This document shows, one piece after another, positions 20,526 through 30,320 of a stretch of DNA of 64,000 bases; positions within the stretch are counted from its first letter, which is position 1; every line of letters begins with the position of its first letter. A program made the position numbers and the translations under genes. Source of the stretch: an uncultured cyanobacterium (GTDB taxonomy: Bacteria; Cyanobacteriota; Cyanobacteriia; Cyanobacteriales; CAWUOF01); the NCBI GenBank assembly GCA_963744145.1, contig CAVUSO010000001.1, forward strand, positions 2,336,001-2,400,000. The letters are read 5' to 3'. The notes under the pieces were generated by a model. The model searched no databases. It was not told the DNA's origin and saw only the letters and a program-made list of their open reading frames with translations.

Positions 20526-21116
20526 TTATGATCTCTCACGCCCCAAAATTTCATCAACACTAACCACCAACTCACTAAAAGCAAGGGGTGAAATAGTGTC
20601 ACCGCGTCGAAAACGTTGGACATTTGTATAACCATTAGCAGTGGGGTCGCGATCAACCTCTAGTACGGGCGTATTGCAATACGCCCCTTCTAAATTGACA
20701 ATCCAAAGTTCAATGATTCCCGCTCTACTATAGATAATTGCTTTTTTACGGTCCCTCCTAATTGTGGGATCTGCTACCTCAATAAGTAAAAAAATATCTT
20801 CAGGTTCAGGATGTTTATCTTCATACCCATATTGGTCTGGTTTTGCCACCACTAAATCAGGCTGTACATCCGAATAACTATCTATATGAACAGGATTCTG
20901 TACTGGTAAAGAAATCATCTTTCTGGTAACAAGTTCAGAAAAAATGGTTACTAAACGATTTACACAACCTGCATGACGAATCCCAATCGGTGCCATGTAA
21001 ACAATATCCCCATCAATTAACTCAACCCGATCATCTGGTATAAGTATCCCAACCTCACCCAGCTTGTAATATTCCTCTACAGTAAATTTCTTTTGTTCTG
21101 TTGCTACTACAGACAT
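20526..21116 (-). CDS. Uma2-family (PD-(D/E)XK) endonuclease-like protein
   Basis: FTVEEYYKL..RVELIDGDIV..QPDLVV..LLIEVAD..AGIIELWIVNL. The likely start is MSVVATEQ. Confidence 0.9.
   Translation of the reverse strand: MSVVATEQKKFTVEEYYKLGEVGILIPDDRVELIDGDIVYMAPIGIRHAGCVNRLVTIFSELVTRKMISLPVQNPVHIDSYSDVQPDLVVAKPDQYGYEDKHPEPEDIFLLIEVADPTIRRDRKKAIIYSRAGIIELWIVNLEGAYCNTPVLEVDRDPTANGYTNVQRFRRGDTISPLAFSELVVSVDEILGRERS
20663..20688. repeat. 26-nt palindromic small dispersed repeat, copy 1 (inside the Uma2 gene)
   Basis: GTACGGGCGTATTGCAATACGCCCCT; an identical copy lies at 29047-29072. Confidence 0.85.
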
Positions 21117-21489
21117 AATTTTTACCATCCTAAAAGATGCAATTTGCGATCGCATCCCGATCTAGTTGAAGAAACCAACATCAGTAGATAGTGGGACGGC
21201 GCGATCTCTCTACATCAGCCGTCAGTGTGGTAGTAAAAGCGATCGCGAGTGGAACAACAAAGCTATGCTAACTTGATCCTGTACCGCTGCCAAAATACAG
21301 CTTGACCCATTGAATGTATTCTGATCGATAAAATGCTAAAATTGTGATAATTACGTTTTTAGTTTTAGCTTTATAAAACCATGTTACTAGAAGATTACTT
21401 TAATTTTTTGGCTCCTGATGACATTCGGCTCAAAGGGACAAGAATCGGGATTGAAACAATTTTGTTTGACCCTAAACAGGACAAACTTC

Positions 21490-21918
21490 ATGCCCGCTAA
21501 AGACCTCTATCATGATACCGTCTGCACCGCCCTGATCAAAGACGGTTGGAAAATTACTGATGACCCGCTCATCCTCAAGATCGGGAGACGCTCTGCTTTT
21601 GTCGATCTGGGGGCTGAAAAACTGATTGCTGCTGAGAGGGATTCTGAAAAAATCGCTGTCGAAATCAAAAGCTTTCTTAGTCCTTCTCCCATCAATGATC
21701 TCGAAAATGCCTGGGAACAATTCTTTTTGTATGCTAGAACACTCCAAAAAATAGACCCAAATCGTTGTCTTTATCTAGCGATTAGTCGCAATACCTTTGA
21801 GACTTTATTCCAAGAGGAAGCGGGACAACTTTTGTTAGAAGAACCTGACTTCCGCATGATAGTTTTTGACTTCATCAGTGAGGAAATCATCCAATGGAAA
21901 CCGCAAATAAACCCCTAG
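21490..21918 (+). CDS. xisH: XisH-family protein
   Basis: MPAKDLYHDTVCTALIKDGWKITDDPL..VDLGAEKLIAAER..IAVEIKSFL. It is preceded by a truncated DUF433-like start (MLLEDYFNFLAPDDIRLKGTRIGIETIL, from 21381). Confidence 0.9.
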   Translation: MPAKDLYHDTVCTALIKDGWKITDDPLILKIGRRSAFVDLGAEKLIAAERDSEKIAVEIKSFLSPSPINDLENAWEQFFLYARTLQKIDPNRCLYLAISRNTFETLFQEEAGQLLLEEPDFRMIVFDFISEEIIQWKPQINP

Positions 21919-22241
21919 ACCAATGGCGTGAGATTCTGGAGAAAATTCTTCAATATTATGCCGATCTTCCCTACCGTTATGGTGATGTGATTACTTATGT
22001 TATTGTCAGTCGCGATCGCCACCACTTTATGCTGGTACATGAGGGCTGGGAAAATGACCGACGAGTGCATGGCTGTATCGTCCATGCCGAAATTCGCAAC
22101 GACAAAATTTGGATTCACTATGATGGAATTGAAGATGGCATTACAGATGAACTTGTCGCTGCTGGAGTACCTAAAGATTGTATTGTTCTAGCCTTTCATC
22201 CTCCTCAAGTTCGAGAGCATACTGGATATGCGTTGGCGTAG
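21894..22241 (+). CDS. xisI: XisI-family protein
   Basis: GWENDRRVHGCIVH..KIWIHYDGIEDGITDELVAAGVPKDCIVLAFHPP; overlaps the end of xisH. Confidence 0.92.
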   Translation: METANKPLDQWREILEKILQYYADLPYRYGDVITYVIVSRDRHHFMLVHEGWENDRRVHGCIVHAEIRNDKIWIHYDGIEDGITDELVAAGVPKDCIVLAFHPPQVREHTGYALA

Positions 22242-22347
22242 GTTAATTGCTTTAATTTTGTGAGTAAGGATTGTTCTAATGTCATAATCCTATCTCCTTA
22301 GTTGTTAGCATTTAGTTAGCGAGAAAATCAGATAGTCTTCTTTTTCT

Positions 22348-22591
22348 ATGATAACTCCAGAGGCAGTCCCATTTCCTCATCGTTTGTTAGGATGGCGATC
22401 GCACCCCGAATCAGACAATCAACCCGCAGATTGGATCATCGAACAACCAGACTTTTTGAGCGAAGGTAAAAATGCTCAGGGTAATCCTACTGCTTCTAGC
22501 TTAAGTGTTTCCACTGGAATTTGTATCTGTGGTGCAGGTTTAGCTGTTGCTGATCCAGGAAACAATCGAGTTTTGTTGTGGAATTTGAGTA
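22348..22591 (+). pseudogene. Internally deleted NHL-repeat gene remnant, copy A
   Basis: PADWII.QPDF, LSVSTGI and LAVADPGNNRVLLW are NHL-repeat pieces. Confidence 0.6.
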
Positions 22592-22598
22592 GCTTAGT

Positions 22599-23003
22599 TT
22601 ACCAAATCGCTTTTATGTTAGATAATGCTTGAATTCTTAAATCGCGAGTCACTAAAGGTAACTGCAAATATAAAGCAGTAGTAGCAATGATTCGATCAGG
22701 CATTTCAGGCACAACTATTCTATCAATTTGCTGAATAGATACGGCCAGATGTCGGTCTATTGGAACTAGAAAAATATTAATACTAGGATTATCAATAGAA
22801 CTCAGAACCCTAGTTAATACCTCGGTGGCAATCCGCCCTTTCTCTATCAAGTAAGCTATCTCAATAATTGAAATAGCGGAAATATAGATAGGACTATTTG
22901 TATTGACAGCTTGCTCAAGGGTTTTCAAAGCCGCTTCAGATAGTCGATTGAGATCAAAGATATACCAAATTAAAACATGAGTGTCGATGACTACTGCGGT
23001 CAT
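22599..23003 (-). CDS. VapC-like PIN-domain toxin
   Basis: VIDTHVLIW..ISIIEIAYL..EMPDRIIATTA..LVTRD. Confidence 0.9.
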   Translation of the reverse strand: MTAVVIDTHVLIWYIFDLNRLSEAALKTLEQAVNTNSPIYISAISIIEIAYLIEKGRIATEVLTRVLSSIDNPSINIFLVPIDRHLAVSIQQIDRIVVPEMPDRIIATTALYLQLPLVTRDLRIQALSNIKAIW

Positions 23004-23230
23004 GATAATAATTCTTCTCTGGGAAAATTAGCCCACATTTCCTGTCTAGCTTGCTGAATCTCTTCTGCGGTAATATCTACTTTTAAATCAGCACAAAGTC
23101 CCCGAATCGTTGTTAAAGGAGGCCCAGAGAGAGCCTGGTGAGCTAAAAATTCAGCAAAATCAAGCAATTCTTGTTGTTTATCTGCGGGTAATTGCTTTAA
23201 TTTTGTGAGTAAGGATTGTTCTAAGGTCAT
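23000..23230 (-). CDS. Cognate antitoxin (DUF2281-like)
   Basis: 76 aa, LPADKQQELLDFAEFL; overlaps the toxin start by 4 nt. Confidence 0.8.
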   Translation of the reverse strand: MTLEQSLLTKLKQLPADKQQELLDFAEFLAHQALSGPPLTTIRGLCADLKVDITAEEIQQARQEMWANFPREELLS

Positions 23231-23293
23231 ACTTCTATCTCCTTAGTTGTTAGCATTTAGATTAGCGAGAAAATCAGATAGTCTTCTTTTTCT

Positions 23294-23606
23294 ATGATAA
23301 CTCTGGCAGTCCAATTTCCCTTGCTTTCACCCCAAGGAGCAAAAGTTATTATTGGTGGTTTGGGGGATTCGATCATCTAGTCCTAATAGTTTATTTGGGC
23401 CAAGAGGTGTTTGTTTGGTTGCTGATGCTTGGAATCATCGGGTTTTGATTTGGAACCAAATCCCAGCAGATTCTCTTCTGCGGATATTGTGTTGGGACAA
23501 GCTGATTTTTCCCAAGGGGAACCAAATCGGGGATTTATGGATACAGCGTGCGATCGCTGATTCCGGAAACAATCGAGTTTTGCTCTGGAATTTGAGTAAT
23601 TCTTGA
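23294..23606 (+). pseudogene. Internally deleted NHL-repeat gene remnant, copy B
   Basis: SLFGPRGVCL, VADAWNHRVLIWNQIP and IADSGNNRVLLW; frameshifted; upstream of hypF. Confidence 0.6.
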
Positions 23607-23827
23607 TTAATTCCCCAAAATTAATTATTGTATGCAAGCCTGTTAATTAAATCTAAACTAAAATTAGTACATTTGACTTAATACAGGGACAAAAAATTAA
23701 ACTTTATGACGGCACAACTAGAACTCGAACAGATAAAACCAGAGCTAGTGTGGAAGTCCGATGATGGATTGTCCATCAAGTGGAATTACCACTGGCACTA
23801 AAATAAAGTCATCAAGAGTGTTTCTAT

Positions 23828-26215
23828 ATGATCACCAATATTAATCACCCAAATTTGTTAAATATAGCTGAAGAAATCCGGGTGCGTGGTACAGTCCAGG
23901 GAGTAGGATTTCGTCCTACTGTTTATCGTCTTGCTAAACTTTGCAGTTTGTGTGGTGAAGTTTGTAATGATGGGGAAGGTGTACTAATGCGAGTTGTGGG
24001 AACTGCTGAAGCTATAGAAACTTTTGTCGATCGACTTCAAAAAGAATGTCCACCTTTAGCAAAAATCGAAGCGATCGCCCGTTCTCCTCTATCTCCACCA
24101 CCAACTTACACAGATTTTACCATTACTAAAAGTATCACTAATCGAGTTAAAACCAGCATTACTTCCGATGCTGCAACCTGTCCCCAGTGTCAAGCGGAAA
24201 TCTTCGATCCTTTTAGTCGTTGGTATTGTTATCCTTTCACTAATTGTACTCACTGCGGTCCTCGCTTAAGCATTATTCGTGCTATTCCCTACGATCGCTG
24301 CAATACTAGCATGGCAAATTTTACCATGTGTTCGGATTGCGCGAAAGAATATGGAGATGTAACAAATCGCCGTTTTCACGCTCAACCTGTCGCTTGTCAA
24401 GTTTGTGGTCCAAAAGCTTGGTTAGAACGAGCAGATGACAAACCGATTGGATCAGATATGTTCTCAATGTTGGATGATGTAGATGCGGTTTGCACTCTGT
24501 TACAACGAGGGGAAATTGTTGCTATTAAGGGTATTGGTGGGATTCATCTTGCTTGTGATGCTACGAATGAAACGGCTGTAAAAAAACTTAGAGAACGTAA
24601 GCATCGCTATCATAAACCCTTTGCTTTGATGGCAAGGAATTTAGAAATTATCGATAAGTATTGTATTATTAATGATTTAGAGCGAGAACTGTTACAAAGT
24701 GCGGCTGCTCCCATTGTACTATTACAATTAAAAGGGAACAGGGAAGAAATTCCAAAACCTATTGCTGCTTCCGTCGCTCCTAATATTAATTTTCTCGGTT
24801 TCATGTTGCCTTATACACCGTTGCATCACCTGATATTGCGGCGGATGGAACGTCCGATCGTGTTAACAAGTGGCAACCTCTCCGATGAACCCCAATGTAT
24901 TAGTAATGAAGTCGCAAATGAGAAGTTAAATAAAATCGCTGATTATTTTTTACTACATAACCGAGAGATTGTCAATCGGGTTGATGATTCGGTGGTCAAA
25001 GTAGTAGGAAATCGGCTGCAAATTTTACGTCGTGCCCGTGGTTATGCTCCAGCACCAATTCATCTACCATCGGGATTTGAAGAAGCTCCTCCTATTTTAG
25101 CAATGGGGAGTGAATTAAAAAATACTTTCTGTTTGTTGCGGGAGGGAGAAGCAATTTTATCGCAACATTTGGGGGATTTAGAAAATGTGGCAGCGTTAAC
25201 AGCTTATCGGGAAACATTGGAACTTTATTTACATTTATTTGACCATCAACCAGCAGCGATCGCTGTTGATTTACATCCCGAATATCTCTCGACAAAATTG
25301 GGGAAAGAGTTGGGAATTAATCAGGTATATTCTCTTCAACATCATCACGCCCATATAGCGTCTTGTCTAGTAGAAAATGGGATAAGTTTAAATCATCAAC
25401 CGATTTTGGGAATTGCTTTAGATGGTTTAGGTTATGGTGAAGATGGTACACTTTGGGGTGGGGAATTTCTCTTAGCAGACTATCGCAGTTATCAAAGATT
25501 GGCAACATTTAAACCTGTTGCTATGTTAGGAGGAGAAAAAGCAATTTATCAACCTTGGCGGAATACTTATGCTCATCTGATGACAGGATTGAAATGGGAT
25601 GATTTGGTGGTAAACTATAGGGAGCTAGAAATTGTGCAATTTTTAGATCAACAGCCGCGATCGCTCTTAAATCAAATGTTAGCAAAAAGCATTAATTCTC
25701 CTTTAGCTTCTTCGACTGGACGTTTGTTTGATGCGGTGGCTGCTGCTTTAGGAATTTGCCGAGATTTAGTCAGTTATGAAGGACAAGGAGCAATCGAGTT
25801 AGAAGCTTTAGTTGATCATATTGATGAGCAAACAGGATATACTTTTGAAATTATACCTGATGTGATTTCCTGTTTGGAACCTCGTCTAATGTGGCAAGAA
25901 TTGTTAACAGATATACAACAAGGAGTTTCTCACAGTGTTATAGCGGCGCGATTTCATTTGGGACTTGCCAAAGCGATCGCATCTATGGTAAATCATTTAC
26001 AGGAATCTCACTCTTTTACTCAGGTGGCTTTGACAGGAGGTGTATTTCAAAATCAGGTACTATTAGAACAGGTTAGTAAACTACTGAAACTGATGGGATT
26101 GACAGTTTTAACTCATAGTTTAGTTCCCGCAAATGATGGTGGGTTGTCTTTAGGACAAGTAGCGATCGCAGCAGCGCGATCAATTCATCAGCCTATTGCT
26201 TTTAGTAGACAATAG
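23828..26215 (+). CDS. hypF: [NiFe]-hydrogenase maturation carbamoyltransferase
   Basis: Acylphosphatase motif GTVQGVGFRP, zinc fingers CPQC/CTHC/CSDC/CQVC, QHHHAHIASC and PANDGGLSLGQ. Confidence 0.97.
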   Translation: MITNINHPNLLNIAEEIRVRGTVQGVGFRPTVYRLAKLCSLCGEVCNDGEGVLMRVVGTAEAIETFVDRLQKECPPLAKIEAIARSPLSPPPTYTDFTITKSITNRVKTSITSDAATCPQCQAEIFDPFSRWYCYPFTNCTHCGPRLSIIRAIPYDRCNTSMANFTMCSDCAKEYGDVTNRRFHAQPVACQVCGPKAWLERADDKPIGSDMFSMLDDVDAVCTLLQRGEIVAIKGIGGIHLACDATNETAVKKLRERKHRYHKPFALMARNLEIIDKYCIINDLERELLQSAAAPIVLLQLKGNREEIPKPIAASVAPNINFLGFMLPYTPLHHLILRRMERPIVLTSGNLSDEPQCISNEVANEKLNKIADYFLLHNREIVNRVDDSVVKVVGNRLQILRRARGYAPAPIHLPSGFEEAPPILAMGSELKNTFCLLREGEAILSQHLGDLENVAALTAYRETLELYLHLFDHQPAAIAVDLHPEYLSTKLGKELGINQVYSLQHHHAHIASCLVENGISLNHQPILGIALDGLGYGEDGTLWGGEFLLADYRSYQRLATFKPVAMLGGEKAIYQPWRNTYAHLMTGLKWDDLVVNYRELEIVQFLDQQPRSLLNQMLAKSINSPLASSTGRLFDAVAAALGICRDLVSYEGQGAIELEALVDHIDEQTGYTFEIIPDVISCLEPRLMWQELLTDIQQGVSHSVIAARFHLGLAKAIASMVNHLQESHSFTQVALTGGVFQNQVLLEQVSKLLKLMGLTVLTHSLVPANDGGLSLGQVAIAAARSIHQPIAFSRQ

Positions 26216-26241
26216 TCTTTTAGATTAAGTGCGTATAATAC

Positions 26242-26425
26242 CAGGGCTGTTTCATGCTCGATTCTCTATTGATCGACCTAACCCCCCAACCCCCTTCCCT
26301 AGGAGGGAATGGGGAGTAGTTAAGATGATTAAATTAATTGGAGATTTAATAATTAATTCTTGCTCCCCTTGACCCTTAGGAGAGGGGTTGGGGGAGAGGT
26401 TTTCTTAAGCCATGAAACAGCCCTG
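26242..26425. mobile_element. 184-bp MITE with 15-bp terminal inverted repeats and a 9-bp target duplication
   Basis: TIRs CAGGGCTGTTTCATG (26242-26256) and CATGAAACAGCCCTG (26411-26425). GTATAATAC flanks both sides (26233-26241, 26426-26434). There is an internal C-rich/G-rich palindromic repeat. Confidence 0.85.
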
Positions 26426-26465
26426 GTATAATACTTTATTTTCAACTTACCAAAGGTAAAGCAAA

Positions 26466-26732
26466 ATGTGTTTAGCAATCCCCAGTCAAATTGTCCAAAT
26501 CACAGACGTAAACAATAAACTCGCGATCGTTGATATTAGTGGTGTGAAACGTCAAGTTAATATCGCTTGCATCGTCGATGATACCCATACTGTAGAATCT
26601 TGTTTAGGAGATTGGGTATTAGTCCATGTTGGTTTTGCCATGCAGCGGATTGACCCCCATGAAGCAGCAGAAACGCTAAAATTATTGGAGGAACTAGCAG
26701 AAATTCAAGAGTCATTAGCTATAAGTAACTAG
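26466..26732 (+). CDS. hypC: Hydrogenase maturation chaperone
   Basis: MCLAIP..GDWVLVHVGFAM. Confidence 0.97.
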   Translation: MCLAIPSQIVQITDVNNKLAIVDISGVKRQVNIACIVDDTHTVESCLGDWVLVHVGFAMQRIDPHEAAETLKLLEELAEIQESLAISN

Positions 26733-26779
26733 CTTTTCTTGGCAAATCAGTTCTGTATTCATCTACGGTAAAAAATCCC

Positions 26780-27919
26780 ATGAAATACATCAATGAATTT
26801 CGCGACCCACAAAAAGCCAAAATATTAATAGAACAAATTCGGCAAATCGGCCAACAAATTTACGCCGGAAAACCTATTAAAATTATGGAAGTTTGCGGTG
26901 GACATACCCATGCAATTTTTAAATATGGGTTAGAAGATTTGTTACCGGAAACGATCGAACTTGTTCATGGTCCGGGCTGTCCAGTGTGTATCATGCCTAG
27001 AGGTAAGCTAGATGATGCGATCGCCCTAGCCCAACAACCCCAGGTTATTTTTACAACATTTGGCGATGCAATGCGAGTTCCCGGTTCTCAATATAGCTTG
27101 ATGCAAACTAAGGCGAATGGTGCAGATATTCGGATGGTTTATTCGCCTTTAGATGCGCTACAAATTGCTAAAGAAAATCCCGATCGAGAGGTGGTATTTT
27201 TTGCGATCGGTTTTGAAACAACTGCACCTAGCACTGCTTTAACAGCAATCCAAGCAGAGAGCGATCGGGTAGAAAATTTTAGTTTATTTTGCAATCACGT
27301 TTTAGTTGTGCCCGCATTAGAAGCATTATTGGCTAACCCTGATTTGCAATTAGATGGGTTTGTCGGTCCTGGTCATGTTAGCACAGTAATTGGTACAGAA
27401 CCTTATCGAATTATTGCAGAACGATATCACAAACCTGTGGTAGTTTCTGGATTTGAACCTTTAGATATTTTACAATCAATCTGGATGGTAGTTAAACAAT
27501 TAACGGAAAAACGTTGTGAGGTGGAAAATCAATATAGTCGCTTGGTGCATTCCCAGGGTAATGCTGTTGCTTTGGATGCAATGCAACAGGTGTTTGAGGT
27601 GAGAGAGGAGTTTGAGTGGCGCGGATTGGGTGATATTCCTCTGTCTGGGTTGAAAATGCGTCCAGAATATGCGCGTTTTGATGCGGAAGCGAAATTTACT
27701 TTCCCCGGTAAGCAAGTTGCAGATCATAAAGCTTGTCAGTGTGGGGAGATTCTTAAAGGTGTGCTGAAACCTTGGCAGTGTAAGGTTTTTGGCACTGCTT
27801 GCACTCCTGAATATCCTCTTGGTGCCTGTATGGTTTCTTCCGAAGGTGCTTGTGCAGCATACTATAAGTATGGTCGTTTGTCAATAAGTAAGCGGGAAGA
27901 GGTGAATGCGACAAGGTAA
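26780..27919 (+). CDS. hypD: Hydrogenase maturation protein
   Basis: MEVCGGHTH, HGPGCPVC, GFETTAP, GPGHVS and GACMVSSEGACAAYY. Confidence 0.97.
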   Translation: MKYINEFRDPQKAKILIEQIRQIGQQIYAGKPIKIMEVCGGHTHAIFKYGLEDLLPETIELVHGPGCPVCIMPRGKLDDAIALAQQPQVIFTTFGDAMRVPGSQYSLMQTKANGADIRMVYSPLDALQIAKENPDREVVFFAIGFETTAPSTALTAIQAESDRVENFSLFCNHVLVVPALEALLANPDLQLDGFVGPGHVSTVIGTEPYRIIAERYHKPVVVSGFEPLDILQSIWMVVKQLTEKRCEVENQYSRLVHSQGNAVALDAMQQVFEVREEFEWRGLGDIPLSGLKMRPEYARFDAEAKFTFPGKQVADHKACQCGEILKGVLKPWQCKVFGTACTPEYPLGACMVSSEGACAAYYKYGRLSISKREEVNATR

Positions 27920-28952
27920 GAAGCAATTTCGAGAACGCACTGTTACTTTAGCTCATGGTAGCGGTGGTAGTGCGATGCGTGATCTGATTGATGACATTTT
28001 TGTGGGTAGTTTTGATAATCCCACTTTATCTTTGTTGGAAGATCAAGCCAGGATCGATTTAGCAAGTTTAATGCTGTTAGGCGATCGTCTGGCGTTTACC
28101 ACAGATTCTTATGTGGTTACTCCTTTGTTTTTTCCTGGTGGTGATATCGGAACTTTGGCAGTTAATGGTACTGTTAATGACTTATGTGTTAGTGGAGCAA
28201 AACCACTTTTTCTCAGTTGTAGTGTGATTCTAGAAGAAGGTTTAGAAATTGACATTCTCCGTCGAGTTGTTAACAGTATGAAAACTGCTGCTTTGGCAAC
28301 AGGTGTACAAATTGTGACGGGAGATACTAAGGTAGTTCCTCGCGGTTCTGCTGATCAGTTATTTATCAATACTACTGGTATTGGTGTAATTAAAATTGGC
28401 GTTTCTCCCGCGGCTGGAAAGATTCAACCAGGGGATATTATTTTAGTTAATGGTGATCTGGGGGATCACGGTGCTGCTATTGTGGTAGCAAGGGGAGAAT
28501 TAGCTTTGACAACTGCGATCGAAAGTGATTGTCAACCTTTAAATGGGTTAGTTGATGCGATCGTTTCAGTTTGTCCAAAGGTTCGAGCAATGCGCGATGC
28601 TACTCGTGGGGGATTAGCAACAGTATTGAATGAGTTTGCCCAAAGTGCTAATGTGGGAATTCGTTTATATGAAGCAGCTATTCCTGTTAAAAAAGAGGTG
28701 GCTGGAATCTGTGAATTGTTGGGATTCGATCCCCTTTATTTGGCAAATGAAGGTAAGTTGGTAGTTGTGGTTTCGCCAGATTCAGCAGATGAAGTTTTAG
28801 CCCTGATGCGATCGCATTCAGCTGGGAAAGATTCTCGGATTATTGGTGAAGTGATTGCGACTCCTGCTGGTGTGGTGTTGCTGAAAACTGAGTTTGGTAC
28901 AGAACGCATCGTTGATATGTTAGTAGGTGAACAACTACCCAGGATTTGTTAA
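27906..28952 (+). CDS. hypE: Hydrogenase maturation dehydratase
   Basis: LAHGSGG, FTTDSYVV, MRDATRGG and the C-terminal LPRIC. Confidence 0.97.
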   Translation: MRQGKKQFRERTVTLAHGSGGSAMRDLIDDIFVGSFDNPTLSLLEDQARIDLASLMLLGDRLAFTTDSYVVTPLFFPGGDIGTLAVNGTVNDLCVSGAKPLFLSCSVILEEGLEIDILRRVVNSMKTAALATGVQIVTGDTKVVPRGSADQLFINTTGIGVIKIGVSPAAGKIQPGDIILVNGDLGDHGAAIVVARGELALTTAIESDCQPLNGLVDAIVSVCPKVRAMRDATRGGLATVLNEFAQSANVGIRLYEAAIPVKKEVAGICELLGFDPLYLANEGKLVVVVSPDSADEVLALMRSHSAGKDSRIIGEVIATPAGVVLLKTEFGTERIVDMLVGEQLPRIC

Positions 28953-28980
28953 ATGTAAAATCAGCTAGAATAGATTTACC

Positions 28981-29851
28981 GTGAAAGGTTCTTATGACCG
29001 TAATCAAGACAAATCAGCACTACATCTTATTAGTGCTTGGGCCAGTGTACGGGCGTATTGCAATACGCCCCTAGTTTTAGCACAAATGAAGGTCGATGAT
29101 AAATCTAACGAAATTACTGCCATTCCAGCTTGATTAGAATTAATTGATATTGCTGGCTCAATTATTACTATTGATGCGATGGGTACCCAAACCGAAATTG
29201 CTAAAAAGATTATTGATAAGAAAGCTGATTACGTTTTGGCACTTAAAGCCAATCATCCTACTCTCTACTCTCAAGTTAAAGAGTTTTTTGAAACCGCACA
29301 GAAAAATAATTTTGCTGACCTTGACGTGAGTTATGATCAACGGATTGAAAAAGGGCATCATCGGACAGAAATTCGGTCAGTTTGGACTGTTCCAGTTACA
29401 GCGATTCCTTCACTTTATCAACCCAAATTATGGGCAGGGTTAAAAACTCTGGTGATGGTTATTCGTGTGCGTCATCTCCGCCACAAAACCACCAGAGAAG
29501 TTCAATTTTATCTAACTTCTTTAGAGAGTAATGCTCAATTGATCGGGTTAGCTCTCCGCAAACATTGGGAGATTGAAAATACTGTACATTGGACTTTAGA
29601 TTGTACTTTTTTTGAAGATAATTGTCGGATTCGTTCGTTTCATAGTCCTCGCAACTTGGCTCTGCTTCGACGCCTAGCTATTAATGCTCTTCAGCGTGAA
29701 TCAACCTATCAACGCAGTTTACGTCAAAAAAGTAAACGGGCTGCTATGGATCACAACTATATGGCCTAAATTCTTCGTTCTGGTTTTTCTGAGACTACAT
29801 TAGATTTTTCTGACTCCTTTTGTCAAGCCTAATTGAGATGCTCTTACCCTG
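28981..29851 (+). mobile_element. ISAs1-family remnant (5'-truncated transposase pseudogene; right end ...CCCTG at 29851)
   Basis: KSALHLISAWAS..KSNEITAIPA*LEL..ITIDAMGTQ..DYVLALKANH..HWEIENTVHWTLD, with an in-frame stop at 29131. Confidence 0.85.
29047..29072. repeat. 26-nt palindromic small dispersed repeat, copy 2 (inside the ISAs1 transposase frame)
   Basis: Identical to 20663-20688. Confidence 0.85.
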
Positions 29852-30296
29852 CCCTTTGACAGAGGCAGATTTTGAAGATTTCTTCCGCCTGCTACCTACA
29901 AGAGGAGATGGCCCAAAAAACTGGACTGTAGACATTGCCGCACGCAAAGCCGAAGCCGCAGGAAAAGCGGCACCGTTAGAAGAACAAGCGCAAACCCTGA
30001 ACCAGCAAGCAACCGAGTTGCGCGATCGCCTCGCTGCCTTGAAAAAAGCCAAAAAACAAGATACTGAAGAATATAGGGAAATTGAACAAGCTGTCAAAGA
30101 GATAGAAAAAGAGGCGAGAGAATGTAAAAATCAAGCTCAAGCCATTAAAGATGCTGTCTACGATCTCAAAGCAGTAAACCCAAATGTTAAAGCAGATAAG
30201 GACGATCGCACCCCAGAGGAATTGTTAGACTTCATTGAAGCCAAAGGGCGCGAAGTAACAGCTATTTTAGCTACTTTGAGGACTAAGAATAAATAA
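29852..30296 (+). pseudogene. C-terminal fragment of a type I restriction-modification methyltransferase (HsdM-like), cut by ISAs1
   Basis: PLTEADFEDFFRLLP..YDLKAVNPN..DDRTPEELLDFIEAKGREV resembles HsdM C-termini. It begins at the IS right end. Confidence 0.65.
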
Positions 30297-30320
30297 CAAA
30301 TGATAACAGGGTGAACACTT

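Noticed and set aside
21490..22241. xisH/xisI as excision factors making the 13 kb insert a heterocyst-type programmed excision element
   Set aside because: They lie 8 kb outside the insert and are common dispersed pairs in cyanobacteria. The recombinase is a small IS607 TnpA rather than a large XisF-type enzyme, and the junction identity is only 2 bp. This is not excluded, but it is unsupported.
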